This document shows, piece after piece, positions 47,231 to 61,280 of a DNA stretch of 64,000 nucleotides. Position 1 is the stretch's first letter. Each line of letters begins with the position of its first letter. The notes under the pieces are model-generated. The model was not told the origin of the DNA. It searched no databases and saw nothing but the letters and a program-made list of their open reading frames with translations. This DNA comes from the human T2T-CHM13v2.0 reference genome, Homo sapiens. The position numbers and the translations under genes were made by a program. Where the stretch lies: the NCBI RefSeq assembly GCF_009914755.1, contig NC_060931.1, one strand, 5' to 3'.

Positions 47231-47509
47231 CCTTATTTTTGTAAGGAAAAAATCAAATCAAGAAACTAAAGTTTGAACAGCCATTATAGAAAAAAAGGCA
47301 AAAGTCAATAAACAGAAACAATTGTTCAGCTTCGCTCATAATTGTATACACCTCCCAGCTCTTGGACTAGGTAACATCAGTGGCCAGCAAGATGCCACCG
47401 ATTGAGTGATTGTTTTTATTTCATGCCATGTGACCCATTGGCCCTCCTTTTCCTGACACATTTATAATCATCTTAATCCCAAAGCAACTGTTTTTAACAA
47501 ATATGCATA

Positions 47510-48511
<1,002 letters not shown>

Positions 48512-49498
48512 TCTTCTTTAAGATAATGTAAAACTATTAAATTAAATAATAGAGTAGAAATCACACTAATAATTTGTGGGTCTATTCAGATTATATATTA
48601 CCTAATAATTTTTACCTATTTTTTGAAAATTGTTCCAATCATTCCCCCTGCTTCCTTTTCAAAAGAGTCAAACATAGCCAGTTAATTTAAGGTATCTGCA
48701 AAACCTTTCCACCAAGACTTTTATGGTACAGAGAAGTGACTCATAAGCCACAATTCAATTAAATTTAGCAAATATTTCTTGGACAACAACTACATGCTTG
48801 AGGTTGGCATGGGGACCTGTTTTTAAACCTCCTGTTCATTCTACTTTGACTTTTTAATTAGAACAGATTAAAATATCTTATTCAGCAAAAAAAAAAAAAA
48901 AAAGAGAGAAAAACCCACTTTGTATATTGAATTTTTGAATACACAAGAGAAGTGCAACTCAGGGTGGTGGGATTCCTACCTAGCAGGCCTGTCTCCCTTT
49001 GATTACCCCAATATTCCAAAGGTGCAGGTTTTGTGCACCAGGCACTCTAATAGGACCCTATCAGCTCAGCGCTCTCAGAAATTTCAGTTGTCTCCCAGCC
49101 CCTAGAAAGTCACAATAGCTCCAGGGTTGTGCTTAACGGGCCATAGTGGGAGGATTTGGAAAGGAGAAGGTGAATCTTTTCTGAGAAAAGCAGGTGGAGG
49201 AAACTGAAGAGTGGGGAGAAGAGAGGTGGATGCTGACCTGAATTGTGTTTTCAGGAGCAGGAAGAGTGTGCTCTCTGCTTAAGAGATGACCTGAATGGCA
49301 AGACTACACGTCACTCGGATGGTACACAGATACTGTCTTGATGGGAGTTTTCGGAACAGATTTGTCCTCCCAGGGTGAAATAGCAGAGAGATTTGAGGCA
49401 GCCCTCAACTAGAGTATGACCAATAAACACCAACTTACTTGGTTTTTTTTCATTCCTTTTTCCCTGTGTCCAAGAAGCAAAATGATAATGTAAATGAA

Positions 49499-49532
49499 TA
49501 CACACACACTCACACTCACACACACACACACA
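49499..49532 (+). repeat. Interrupted (CA)n microsatellite
   Basis: CACACACACTCACACTCACACACACACACACA. Confidence 0.88.
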
Positions 49533-51178
49533 CCCCACATTGGGGAGGCGGGTAAAGGAACAGAATTGCTCTCAGCAAACACTGGTAGCATCAAAATAGC
49601 CAATCATGCTGATGGCTGCCACACAGCTCATGGAAGCCTTCCACAGGCCAGCTCTCTTGCTGTTGGCTGGCTGGACTTCCCAGCTCAGTCCCTCACCTCT
49701 TTACAGGACAAGGCACACCAGAAACCAAGGCTGTTGGGGGAGGCAGCAACAGAGACCAGACGTTCCCTCTGCACACACATGATGTCATCAATAGAAACTC
49801 TGCTGATGATGAACCCACTTTCACACAAACCTTTTAAAGCCTGAGTTATTTTTTGCAATGACAAAAATAACAAACCACATTTTTTTAAATAGCTTCCTTA
49901 ATAATAATGGAAATTCAGGTGACATTAATGAAAATTGTAGCACATGTTCAAATCAGAATCTATGTTCAGTGTTATATGCAGAATATAAAGGGATTTCTTT
50001 TCTCAATTGATAGAAAAGGGAAGTCATATTTAAGTAGTCACGTTATCCTAGATTTTTAATATAGCAACATAATTGAATAATATTTTGATGTATCTGGTTT
50101 TAGTATTTAAGGTGATAAAATATTAAATTTAAGCTTAAAATTAAAAATAGAGGAAAAAGAAAAACAAATTGAACTGAAGTGAAAATGTTTCTTGTTTTTT
50201 AAAAAATCATTGTACATAACAGTTTTCACCTTCACTTTTAGAAATCAAAGCACAACCCTCTATCACATGGTAAAGAGAGTCAGCCATACGGAAAACCAAG
50301 CTGATTGTTCTATTCCTGTGCAAATTCTAACCCTAAAATATTTCTCTATGATGCTTTAAGAAAGAAAGTAAATCTGTAAAACATTTTTTATCATTTTGAA
50401 AGCTGCCTTTGTTTTGATTCTCATTGTGAAGGTCAAGGATAGGAGAATTTCCAGAGATGGGAATTTATCTTCACTTTATGCTATCATTTCAGAATGAATA
50501 GTGATCAGGTTCTAAATAATGCATTCCACAGGTGTGAGCAACCACCCTATCACTTTCTATCTTCATGTGGCTGGTGCCTACAACACTAAATTTCTGCGGC
50601 AGATTCATTAAGGTAGTTGTTCATTCCCTGTCGTAATTAGACCTCCCATTTCAGCCTTTTATGTCAAATCCATCACTCACCCTGGCACTCAGGCTCACCT
50701 CTTTACAAAGCCCTTCCCTGGTGCTATTCTGGCTCTAAACACAGGTGATAAATGTGTCAGCATGGGGCACATTCCTGTCCCTGAGGATCATCAATCGTTA
50801 AGTACAGAGAGCTTTTTCCAGCAGCCTTCTAAGATTTATACCCATGAGGATATTATTTTTGTGGCTGCATGAAGGAGAATTATTACTTGAAATGGGTTGT
50901 GTGAAAGGATGGTTTTGGTGTTGCTTTGGCACCATTTTAAGCTTCTTTTCACAAAATTGACCGGCGCAAGTCAGAATTTATACTTCTATGAATGTAGATC
51001 TTCACCATCTGATGGTGCTGAGTCCTACAGAGAAGAGGATTTGAGACTTTCCAGTTTTTAGAGATCTCTACGATGTGCAAGAATCTAGATATTCAGAGGC
51101 CGTACTGACTTCAATCACATGGTAAATTAGTATATGAGAGTTCGCAGTAATAAAAGAAGTATGTAAGTGATCAGCATG

Positions 51179-51619
51179 TGTTTTAGTCAGGGTTCTCTAG
51201 AGGGACAGAACTAATGGAATATATATATATGGAATTTATTATTAAGTAATAACTCACACGATCACAAGGTCCCACAATAGACCATCTGCAGGCTGAAGAG
51301 CAAGGAGAGACAGTCCGAGTTCCAAAACTGAAGAACTTGGAGTCCAATGTTCCAGGGCAGGAAGCATCCAGCACAAGAGAAAGATGTAGGCTGGGAGGCT
51401 AGGCCAAGTCTCCCTCTTCACATTTTTCTGCCTGCTTGTATTCTAGCCGTGCTGGCAGCTGATTAGATGGTGCCCACCCAGATTAAGGGTAGGTCTGCCT
51501 TTCCCAGCCCACTGACTCAAATGGTAATCTCCTTTGGCAACACCCTCACAGATACACCCAGGACCAATACTTTGCATCCTTCAGTCCAATCAAGTTGACA
51601 GTTAGTATTAACCCTCACA
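51179..51619 (-). mobile_element. MLT2A1 HERV-L solo LTR
   Basis: TGTTTTAGTCAGGGTTCTCTAGAGGGACAGAAC..GTATTAACCCTCACA, shorter MLT2A1-type structure. TSD GCATG at 51174-51178 and 51620-51624; an L1MA 3' end follows (to ~51745). Confidence 0.92.
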
Positions 51620-53659
51620 GCATGGGAGGTAATGCGTATGTTAAATAGTTTCATTTAGCCATTTCACAAGGTATACAGATTCCAAAACGTCATGTTGTAT
51701 ACCACAAATATATGAAATTTCTACTTGTCAATTTTTGAAAAAAAATGTTTAAAAGAAGTGTGTAAATAACTTCTTACTTTAGATATAAAATCTTAAGGGC
51801 CAGGAAAAGGGCACCAAAATCCAGCCTTTGACATCTCAGAAGAAGCGATGATTAATTTCATTTCATTCTGTTGGTTTCCATGGAGTGGTGCTGGGTGGTG
51901 AGGCAAACACAGCAGCAGGAATGTTAACATTTCATATTTTAGCCCTAGGAGTAAAGAAAAAAAACATGTCCCAGATCAGCACTAGCTAGAACCAGGAAAC
52001 CCCAAAAGCAAAGGTTTTTTTGTTTTGTTTTGTTTTGTTCTGTTTTTTGTAAAAGACAGGTTTTCACAAAGGAAGTTTTCCAAATTCTATGTATAAGAGA
52101 GTTGAGAAGGAAGATTTTTCTCTCTTCTTGCCCAGGAGGACAAAGGGAAGAGTACCACATTAAGCCATTCAGGTAAAGTGAAGCTTATTGAACGCTGTGG
52201 ATTAGGATAAAACTAATAGAGTTTTCATTTTTAAGCCAGTTCAGATATTCAGATTAATTATGGACGTAATGTAGAAAATACCAATTTCTGCAAGTTCTAC
52301 ATTTCATGTGAAATCCCAAAGAGGTTAAAGCTGATGGGTTTTAACTGATGAAAACACGTGCCTCTGATTAAAAATGTTTGTAGTGATGAAAACAAAGCAT
52401 GCTAGAGTTACAGTGTGTAGCATGCTGAAGCCACCAGCAGAGCTTAGGGGACAAAAACAACTGTTTCCTAAGAGAAAAAGAGGCTGAGTATCTTAAGCCT
52501 GGGGAAGGGAAAAGACAGTAGTTAGCAAGCTCAGGTTAGCCACTGGTATTACTCTACCTTTCATGAGACTCTTCACTGGGGAGGTTGGGGAGATTCGGTC
52601 TCACCTAAAGGAGAGATGGCTCGTGAACCCAAGGATGCTGCAGGGACCCTGGCCACCACTTGCAGCCCAAACACTAGAATGAGGACCAGAGAACACAATC
52701 TAGCTGCTTCCCATCCATCCCCTCCACCCCAACATCTGGTCTCAGCAACTTCCTCTGCCCTACACTGGGATGCCCTCCTTAGTTGATCTGAACCATGCAG
52801 CAGATGAAACATGTTGGCCTGACAAGTAGCAGATGGCTATAATTGCCTGAGCCATCTACACTGGCAAATTTTTCTTCTTTATTTGCATATGAGTAAAATT
52901 TTTCCCAGTGTTAAATTATGGTGTGAGTAGAGATTTTTTGAGGGAGCACAGCGCAGTTGTATAGACATCGTGATTGACAAAAAAAAAATAAAATAAAAAA
53001 AATGACCAAAATCTGCTAAATGAATTTGAATTAAATTGTTCTAATGCTTTCTTTTTCTTTGTAACTCTTCACCACCACCTCAATACATGCATTCCTGGAC
53101 ATTCACGCATACACTCACACAAACACAAGCATGGTATTTTTTGTGTGTGAGACACTGAAGGTAGCATGAAATAGCAACCAAAAAATCTGCAGTATTAAAG
53201 TTAGATATGACTTGGTTTGACTTGCAAATCAACTGCCTCACTAGTAAGATGACTTCTGGTATATGGATATGTCTCTCAGTTTTACAGGCTTGTTTTCGGA
53301 TTAACGGTAATAGATGTAAAGAATTGGGCACGGTAAGTCAATAGTCAAAGCTATTCAACAAATTGAGGACAAACAAGGAAATGGGTTAGGAATTGGTCTG
53401 TAGCCAGTCTCAGAAATGTTGTATTAACCTTTGGGATATAATCCCCCAAAATTAAAGTATAGTGATTCATCCAAAAGTACAAAGTGTTACTAGCAAGATG
53501 GATGAGGATTTCCATCTAACATTTTTCATCTTCTTATCCCTGACACATTATTAAAACACCTAGATTTTGGTAAAAGAGGAGAAGTCATGTCTTGGACAGG
53601 ATTGAAGGTTGTGTCAACATTCCCTATGCTTTCAAGTTTCAGCTTTAGAATCCAAAACC

Positions 53660-53968
53660 CCCGGGCACAGTGGCTCACATCTGTAATCCCAGCACTTTGG
53701 GAGGTCGAGGCAGGCACATCACTTGAGGTCAGGAGTTCAAGACAAGCCTAGCCAACATGGTGAAACCTCATTTCTACTAAAAATATGGAAATTAGCCAGT
53801 CATGGTGGCGCATTACTATAATCGCAGCTACTCGGGAGGCTGAGGCAGGAGAACCGCTTGAACCCGGGAGGCAGAGGCTGCAATAAGCCGAGATTGCATT
53901 GCACCACTGCATTCCAGCCTGGGCAACAGAGCGAGGCTCCATCTCAAAAAAAAAAAAAAAAAAAAAAA
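53660..53968 (+). mobile_element. AluSx-like
   Basis: Full Alu. TSD-like AGAATC(C/T)AAA(A)CCC. Confidence 0.93.
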
Positions 53969-55378
53969 GAATCTAAACCCTTTGGTTCACAGATGGAAGG
54001 AAAAAGCAGGCGGTGTTTCCTATTCTATGTGTATGCCATGCCTCGAGCCCTGAACAGGCTACTCATCTGTGGCCAATATTATATTATAACCTCTCCATTC
54101 TCAGAAGGCACGCTGGCACCCATCTCTGCAAGAAAGGCATCAAATTGTCTGTAAGTCACAGAAATGTTATGGTATTGTCCTTTATTCATTCATTCAGAAT
54201 ATACTCTCTAAGCATCTATGTAATTAAACATTACTAAGCTTACATATAATTAACCTCGAAATAATAACTAAGCATTGTTAGTTTTATGTACGGCTAACTT
54301 AAGAAATAAACTCACTTTCTAGTTATCAGTTTTGGAAAACAAAAGAGCTCTATAACAATTTTGAATTAATCAAAAATTGGAGAGTTCTATGCAAACCTAT
54401 AATCCTTCCCTCTTTAGGGTGAAGAAGCAAAGCTTTGTGTTACTTAAAGACACACTTTGCCATTTTGATTAACTATAATAACTTTTAAAATAATCAAAAA
54501 ATCAGTCCACTTTCTTGTCTATTTGTGTATTGATCACTAAAATTATTGTACCTAGTATGATCAACTTTGTATATTACTGTATTTCATTAAAGTAGCTAAC
54601 TTCTCTTGTCCAGACATAAGAGAACACTAGAAGACAAAAAACAAAAAACTTTTATGAATCTCTTTTCCTTACGAACACTAATTTTATACCATTTTAACAT
54701 ACTTGAGGTGGCAAAAATAAACATATATATATTATATCATCCAAAAGTATTTGCATATTTTATTAATCTATTGCCATTCTAAGAATTCAGGGTAAGTTAA
54801 AATTGTGTTACCAACCAGCATTTATTTTGCATCTGTTTCACTCTTGAAATTGTCTAGGTTTCAAAGATTATTAACTAATTAACTTCACCATTTGTCTAAG
54901 GTCTTAAAGTTAGTTAAGGATCGAGAAATCACACTTTTTGCAAACATAATGAATCCTGACACCCAGCACTTAAAAATTTTACAAAACTTAATTCTTTTAA
55001 AAATCCATTACCTTTTCATTTAATTGACTATAATTATATGTATGTATGTGTATACATTTTAAACAAGTTATAAAATTTGTGATGATCCACTTATAAAAAC
55101 AATGTAGGAAATTTAGGAACTTAAATGATAAGAAATTTATCATTGGTCTCGTACAAACCAAAGTATTATTCTGATATTATTTTTATATGATAAATGAAAT
55201 TGTAAAGACCCTAAGTCGTGCTCAAGGCTCTTCTTCTATCTTGAACTAAGGTTTTCTTCTTATCTTGTAACTATAGTAACAAGGGCTACAAAAGAAGCAC
55301 AGCTTAATATTTTTCCTTTTAGACATTTTTGACTACTAATATGGTACAGATATTCCTAATGTGCACTCATAATGATAG

Positions 55379-55691
<313 letters not shown>

Positions 55692-56163
55692 TCAATTAAT
55701 TTTTAAAGCTTCCCAAAAGAGGATAAAAGAGGAGGAAAGGAATAGAAAAAAAGCAGTGATAGGGACCCACCTTCAGACACTTAAGACATTATCGCTGTAA
55801 AAAGCAAGGGTCTTCCCTCTGCAAGAAGAGGCACTAAATGTTTAGATTCAGGAAAACCCACTGTGACATATATACATGCAAAAGATAACTCTTACAGCTG
55901 GTATAAACAATTATTTGGGCCTTGAAATTTTTATCAAGTAACATGTTTAAAAGCCAGACTTTATTAATCCTCAAAGAACAGAAATGTAGAAAACAGCATT
56001 TACAATGAGCCAAAAACTCTCTCTTTTTACATTGCAAGACAGGTATCTCTTCATGAAGCTTTCTCCAATTTTTGTTCTCAGGCACCACTCAAATGAACAA
56101 TCTTGTTCATGTCAAAAAGGTCCCCAAAATAGCCACTGCAGTTCAAAATTATCCTGTGAAATT

Positions 56164-56473
56164 GGCTAGGCATGGTAGCTCACATCTGTAATCCTAGCAC
56201 TGAGGTGGGCAGATTGCCTGAGATCAGGAGTTTGAGACCAGCCTGGGCAACACAGTGAGACCCCCCCCGCCCACCATCTCTACTAAAATACAAAAAATTA
56301 TCCAGGCATAGTGGCATACGCCTGTAGTCCCAGCTACTCGGGAGGCTGAGGCATGAGAATTGCTTGCACCCGGGGGTGGAGTTCGCAGTGAGCCAAGATC
56401 ACGCTGCTGCACTTCAGCCTGGGAAACAGAGCAAGACTCTGTCTCAAAAAAAAAAAAAAAAAAAAAAAAAAAA
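56164..56473 (+). mobile_element. AluS with small internal indels
   Basis: TSD AAAATTATCC(T/C)GTGAAATT; deletion after CTAGCACT and a C-run expansion. Confidence 0.93.
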
Positions 56474-57070
56474 TTATCCCGTGAAATTGTGCCAGTTAAA
56501 GACACAAGCATGTCAGTTAAGGTGATGTGAGAAAGCAGGTATTTGTTTCATAGAAAATGCCCAGTTTTAGGATGGATCAGACACTATGAGCACTGCAATA
56601 GATCCTCCCACACGATGGTGCCCGTGCAGCCTACTTTCGTCAGGACTTGGCCAAAGCCCATTCCAGGGTCAGACAATCCCTTCTGATTTCAAGAAGCCTA
56701 ATCTAAACAAAGCAGCTCTCAGGAAAAGAACAAGACCGACGAAAAAGTTCTTCTAAGGGTTCGAAATCATGACCCAAGTCAAAGTTTATTCAAAGAATGT
56801 TGATTGTAGGAGAACTTCTGAACTCCTAGGCCCCTGAGCCAGCTCAAGAACTGACTTACCTGGCTTATGCTCATTGTCTCCCTAGAGACCTTTTGTTTTA
56901 GAGATAAAGAACACTCAAGACACTGTACAAGCAGACAGTCCATAGGAACATATATCTGTAGACTGGTAAACAGTATCACCAAAGAACAATAAAAATCAGA
57001 TCAGATAACCAAAAAGTCACTGGTAACCTTATTCCTAGGGGAAGAAAAAAAAAGAGAGGGAGATAGAGAA

Positions 57071-57112
57071 AAGGAAGGAAGGAAGGAAGGAAGGAAGGAA
57101 GGAAGGAAGGAA
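57071..57112 (+). repeat. (GGAA)10 microsatellite
   Basis: Ten uninterrupted GGAA units (57073-57112) within a purine tract from ~57037. Confidence 0.95.
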
Positions 57113-57319
57113 AAACACCTAAAGTGGAAGGACCTCAGCAGAATATGGAAGCTCAGTTCAGCATGAACTTCTCCTAGCACGGGCAGTGTGGTTACATCAG
57201 ACAGCTAGAGACACAAAGGGTCTCAAATAAGCACACTAAAATTGGTGAGTGGAGGGTTCCCATCCAAGACTGTAGGGCTCACAGATGAATATTGATGGAT
57301 CTTCAAATGCAGAGATTAA

Positions 57320-57872
57320 TTACAGCCACTGACCACTAGGAGCCCACCTGTAGTAGAACAAATGTGGGATTCTTCACTCATTGCATCATGGGAGATTGCT
57401 CATTATGGAGAACCATAGAGGCATCTCAGTAAGAGGATGCTGGAAAGAGGGTGCTAGAAAGTGCTATTCGGTTTTCAGTAGGTGATTTGGGGAGAGTTAA
57501 AAAAAGTAGGGGTTTGTTCTAGATTGGATACTGTCAGGAAGCAGGTAATTCTGTGATTGAATATCTTAATTTTTTTTTATCTTGAAGACAGTAGAGAAAA
57601 ACAGCTGTAGTTGGTAAAGAAGTAGAAATGATGTGTATTAGGCTGAGAAGGGGTATGTTGGATCATTTTCGTGTTCTGGCCAGTTTTCTTTTTTCAGTGC
57701 TGAGACATGTCTCATGGAGTGACCTCTTCTTTGCCTTTCCCCATGAAGGTCACGGAATGACCTTGTCTGATGTTGAGTTCTGTGAAATGGATCACCCCAA
57801 ACAGAAGCACACATGGCCTGGCTGTGAGTTCCCAAACAGCTCCCCACGCTCAAGAGCTGCTTTTCTTTCTCA
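57320..57872 (-). mobile_element. Ancient ERV1-class LTR (MER90/MER110-like; subfamily unresolved)
   Basis: Minus-strand start TGAGAAAGAAAAGCAGC..CACAGAACTCAACATCAGACAAGG. Homologous to pieces at ~20480-20548 and ~22050-22330. Confidence 0.6.
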
Positions 57873-58364
57873 TTCTCAATTAAGGATTGAAGGAGGACAC
57901 AAAAACACGATCACCAAAGGAAAATGAAACAAATTTAAAGTAAATAAAACTCAGCAAAAAGAAAAACTACAGGAAAAGAAAAGTAACTGTAGGAAACAAT
58001 AATGACTTAGCCCTAAATGGCATTTACGTGGTCTTAATCATATGTGACCTTAATCCTATAAAAACCAAATTGTGATCTAACTCCAAGTCCAACCTGCCTA
58101 TTTTAGAAGGGTAGTTGGATGGTGCTAGTGGATGGTGGGGAGGAGAGTAGAAGCTAACTCATCATCATCCGTATTGGTAAGTGAATAGATAATGCCTAAA
58201 AACATGTCATGAAATTGCAATGTCACCACATCATTTGGAGATACGTGTTTAAGTCAGCCTAAAGGGTTGAAAATGCTTCTAGGCTGGGGCAACGGGAGGG
58301 CAGAGCATAGAAGATGGTAATGATTCCTGACCATCCTTCAAGAACTATCTTTCTAATTTTTTCC

Positions 58365-58584
58365 ATCTTCTCCTCCCTGCTTTATTCTAGCCACACTGGC
58401 AGCTGATTAGATGGTGCCCACCCAGATTGAGGGTGGGTCTGCCTCTCCCAGCCCACTGACTCAAATGCTAATTTCCTTTGGCAACACCCTCACAGACACA
58501 CCCAGGAACAATACTTTACATCCAACCAAGTTCCAAGGATTGGAACAATACAATCAAGTTGACACTGAATATTAACCATCACAC
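58365..58584 (-). mobile_element. MLT2A/MLT2B LTR fragment
   Basis: GGCAGCTGATTAGATGGTGCCCACCCAGATTGAGGGTGGGTCTGCC..TATTAACCATCACA. Confidence 0.88.
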
Positions 58585-58609
58585 ACAGACATATATACAT
58601 ATATATATA

Positions 58610-59194
58610 TTTTTTAGACAGGGTCTCACTCTGTCACCCAGGCTGGAGTCGAGTGGTACAATCATGGCTTACTGCAGCCTGAAGCCTCAACCTCCTCAGC
58701 TCAGGTGATCCTCCCACCTCAGCCTCCCAAGTAACTGGGACTACAGGCACACACCACTACACCTTGCTAATTTTTGTATTTTTTGTAAAGATGGGGTCTC
58801 ACTAAGTTGTCTATGGCTGGTCTCGAACTCCTGGGCTCAAGTGATCCACCCACTGTGGTCTCCTAAAGTAAGTCATGGCACCTGGCCAACTTTTTTTTTT
58901 TTTCTTTTTTTTTGAGATGGAGTCTTGCTCTGTCGCCTAGGCTGGAGTGCAGTGGCACGATCTCAGCTCACCACAATCTCTGCCTCCCAGGTTCACGCCT
59001 TTCTCCCACCTCAGCCTCCTGAGTAGCTGGGACTACAGGCGCCCACGACCACGCCTGGCTAATGTTTTGTATTTTTAGTAGAGACAGGGCTTCACCGTGT
59101 TAGCCAGAATGGTCTCAATCTCCCGACCTTGTGATGCGCCCTCCTCAGCCTCCCAAAATGCTGGTATTACAGATGTGAGCCACCACACCCGGCC
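58610..59194 (-). mobile_element. AluJ (58610-58887) followed by AluY/Sc (58891-59194)
   Basis: Two adjacent antisense Alus of different age. Confidence 0.92.
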
Positions 59195-60517
59195 CCAACT
59201 TTTTAAAAATATTTTTTAAAGAATGAGTAGAAGTAGCCAGGTGAAGAAAAGAAAAGGAAACAGAGCTGGGAAAAGGTGTGTTGCATCAGAAACTAGAGGA
59301 GGGCATTTCGCCTGGACCAGAGAAAGTTCTGATGAGCCAGGAAGGCTGGGCAGAGCCAGCTCAGGCCAGGCAGGCGCGATTCTGCACAGGACAGGATGCA
59401 CCTCCAATGACCACGTGTTTCTAGGTTGTTTCCAAGGGCACACAGATAACAGTCAACGATTTTTTTCTGACTAGCCACTGTAGTGATCGCTGCTGTGTGA
59501 CCCTCCACACTTTGCTTCCCTCGGGCCTCAGCTCCGCCTCATTCCACTGGCCTAATAATTAACTCAGCCTTATTTTCCCAACCTAATTGTTTCACAGACC
59601 AAAAGAAATATTGGATGTAAGGTACAATTTGAAAAGTGTAATGTGCTCTAGAAATGCATAAAATGATGATTAGTCTTTGCCCAGTAGGCTTTTTAGCTTA
59701 ATAAGCTCCTGATAATACAGAAATCACTGTGAGCAACTGGCAGAGAAAGATTTTTCCATTTCTCTTAACTAAGAAAAGAGATTTAAAGTCACTTTGGAGA
59801 GCTAACACTAAATAATAATAACTGCCAAAGGAATTGATTTGATGCTGAATATAGGCTTGTGTAAGGAGGTAAAAAACTGTCCACTAAAGTTAATGCTCAT
59901 AGTAAGAGGCCTCTGTCCTTGAATTCACCTTGAGAGAGTTGAACAGGGATAACGGATTTTCAAGGACACACATCTACAGAGAAAGGGCGTATGGAAATGG
60001 AAAAGGGAAAGCTGCTCCTAGTGTTTTTGCTGAATTGTTCTCTTTCTCTAACCCAGCAGGAGAGATGCTAAAGGAGATTTTGTCAAAGAAAATCCTTGAC
60101 ATTGGATTCTTAAAAGCCTTATGGTTTCATGATAGGCCCTTTACCAAGGATTCTTAAGGGACAACCTTATGTTAGAGAGAAACAAAGTCCTGAATCATAT
60201 TTCCTCCTCTCTGGAATATATGTAGAAATACAAGTGAGAAGATAAATACATGTGTAAAAAGAAAATTCATACTTTCATACTCGTTATATGTTATGATTAA
60301 ATGTTGATTGCATTTGGAGAGCATCAGCATATGAACTATATTACAGAAAGGATAGTCTTTTGTTTCATGGCTTAAATCTTCTTTTCTCAATAAGATTAAG
60401 GGGCTAGCTAAGATTATAATCATAACAATTTTTTTTTTTTCACTGAGTTTCCACCCTGTGAGGAACACTAGGCTAAGCAGGAAAAAAAAAAAAAAAGTCA
60501 CTAAAAGACCCTAGGCT

Positions 60518-61280
60518 ATTTGTACACCAATGTTCATAGCAGCATTATTCACAATAGCAAAAAGGTGGAAAGAACCAAGTGTCCATAGATGGACAGATAA
60601 ACAAAATGTGGTCTATACGTACAACATGGGTGAACCTTAACATTGTGTTAAGGGAAATAAGCCAGTTACAAAAGGACAAATACTGTATGATTCCATTTCT
60701 ATGAGATACTTAGAGGAGTTGAAATCATAGACACAGAAAGTCAGATGGTGACTGCCAGGGGCTGGGAGGAGGGACAATGGGGAGTTGTTGTTTAATGGGT
60801 ATAGAGTTTCAATTTTGCAAGACAAAGAATTTCCAGAGATGGGTGGTGGTGATGGTGCACAACAATGTGAATACACTTAATGCCACTGACTTGTACATTT
60901 AAAAGTAGGTTAAAATGGGCCAGGCATGGTGGCTCACACCTGTAATCCCAGCACTTTGGGAGGCCGAGGTGGGTGGATCACGAGGTCAGGAGTTTGAGAC
61001 CAGCCTGACTAACATGGTGAAACCGCGTCTGTACTAAAAATACAAAAATTGGCTGGGCATGGTGGCATGCGCCTGTAATCCCAGCTACTCAGGAGGCTGA
61101 GGCAGGAGAATCACTGGAACCCGGGATGCGGAGGTTGTAGTTAGCCAAGATCATGCCACTTCACTTCAGCCTGGGTGACAAGGCGAGACTCCGTCTAAAA
61201 AAAAAAAAATATATATATATATATATAGGTTAAAATGTCCATTTTATGTTAGGTACATTTTACTGCATAAAAAAAAAAAG
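60518..61280 (+). mobile_element. L1MB 3' end interrupted by AluS (60918-61227)
   Basis: CAATGTTCATAGCAGCATTATTCACAATAGC..AAAAGGACAAATACTGTATGATTCC..GGTGATGGTGCACAACAATGTGAAT. Alu TSD TAGGTTAAAATG. Confidence 0.88.

Noticed and set aside
57330-57346. CTCF-like TGACCACTAGGAGCCC
   Set aside because: The 3' half departs from the core consensus (no GGC), and it lies in an LTR remnant.
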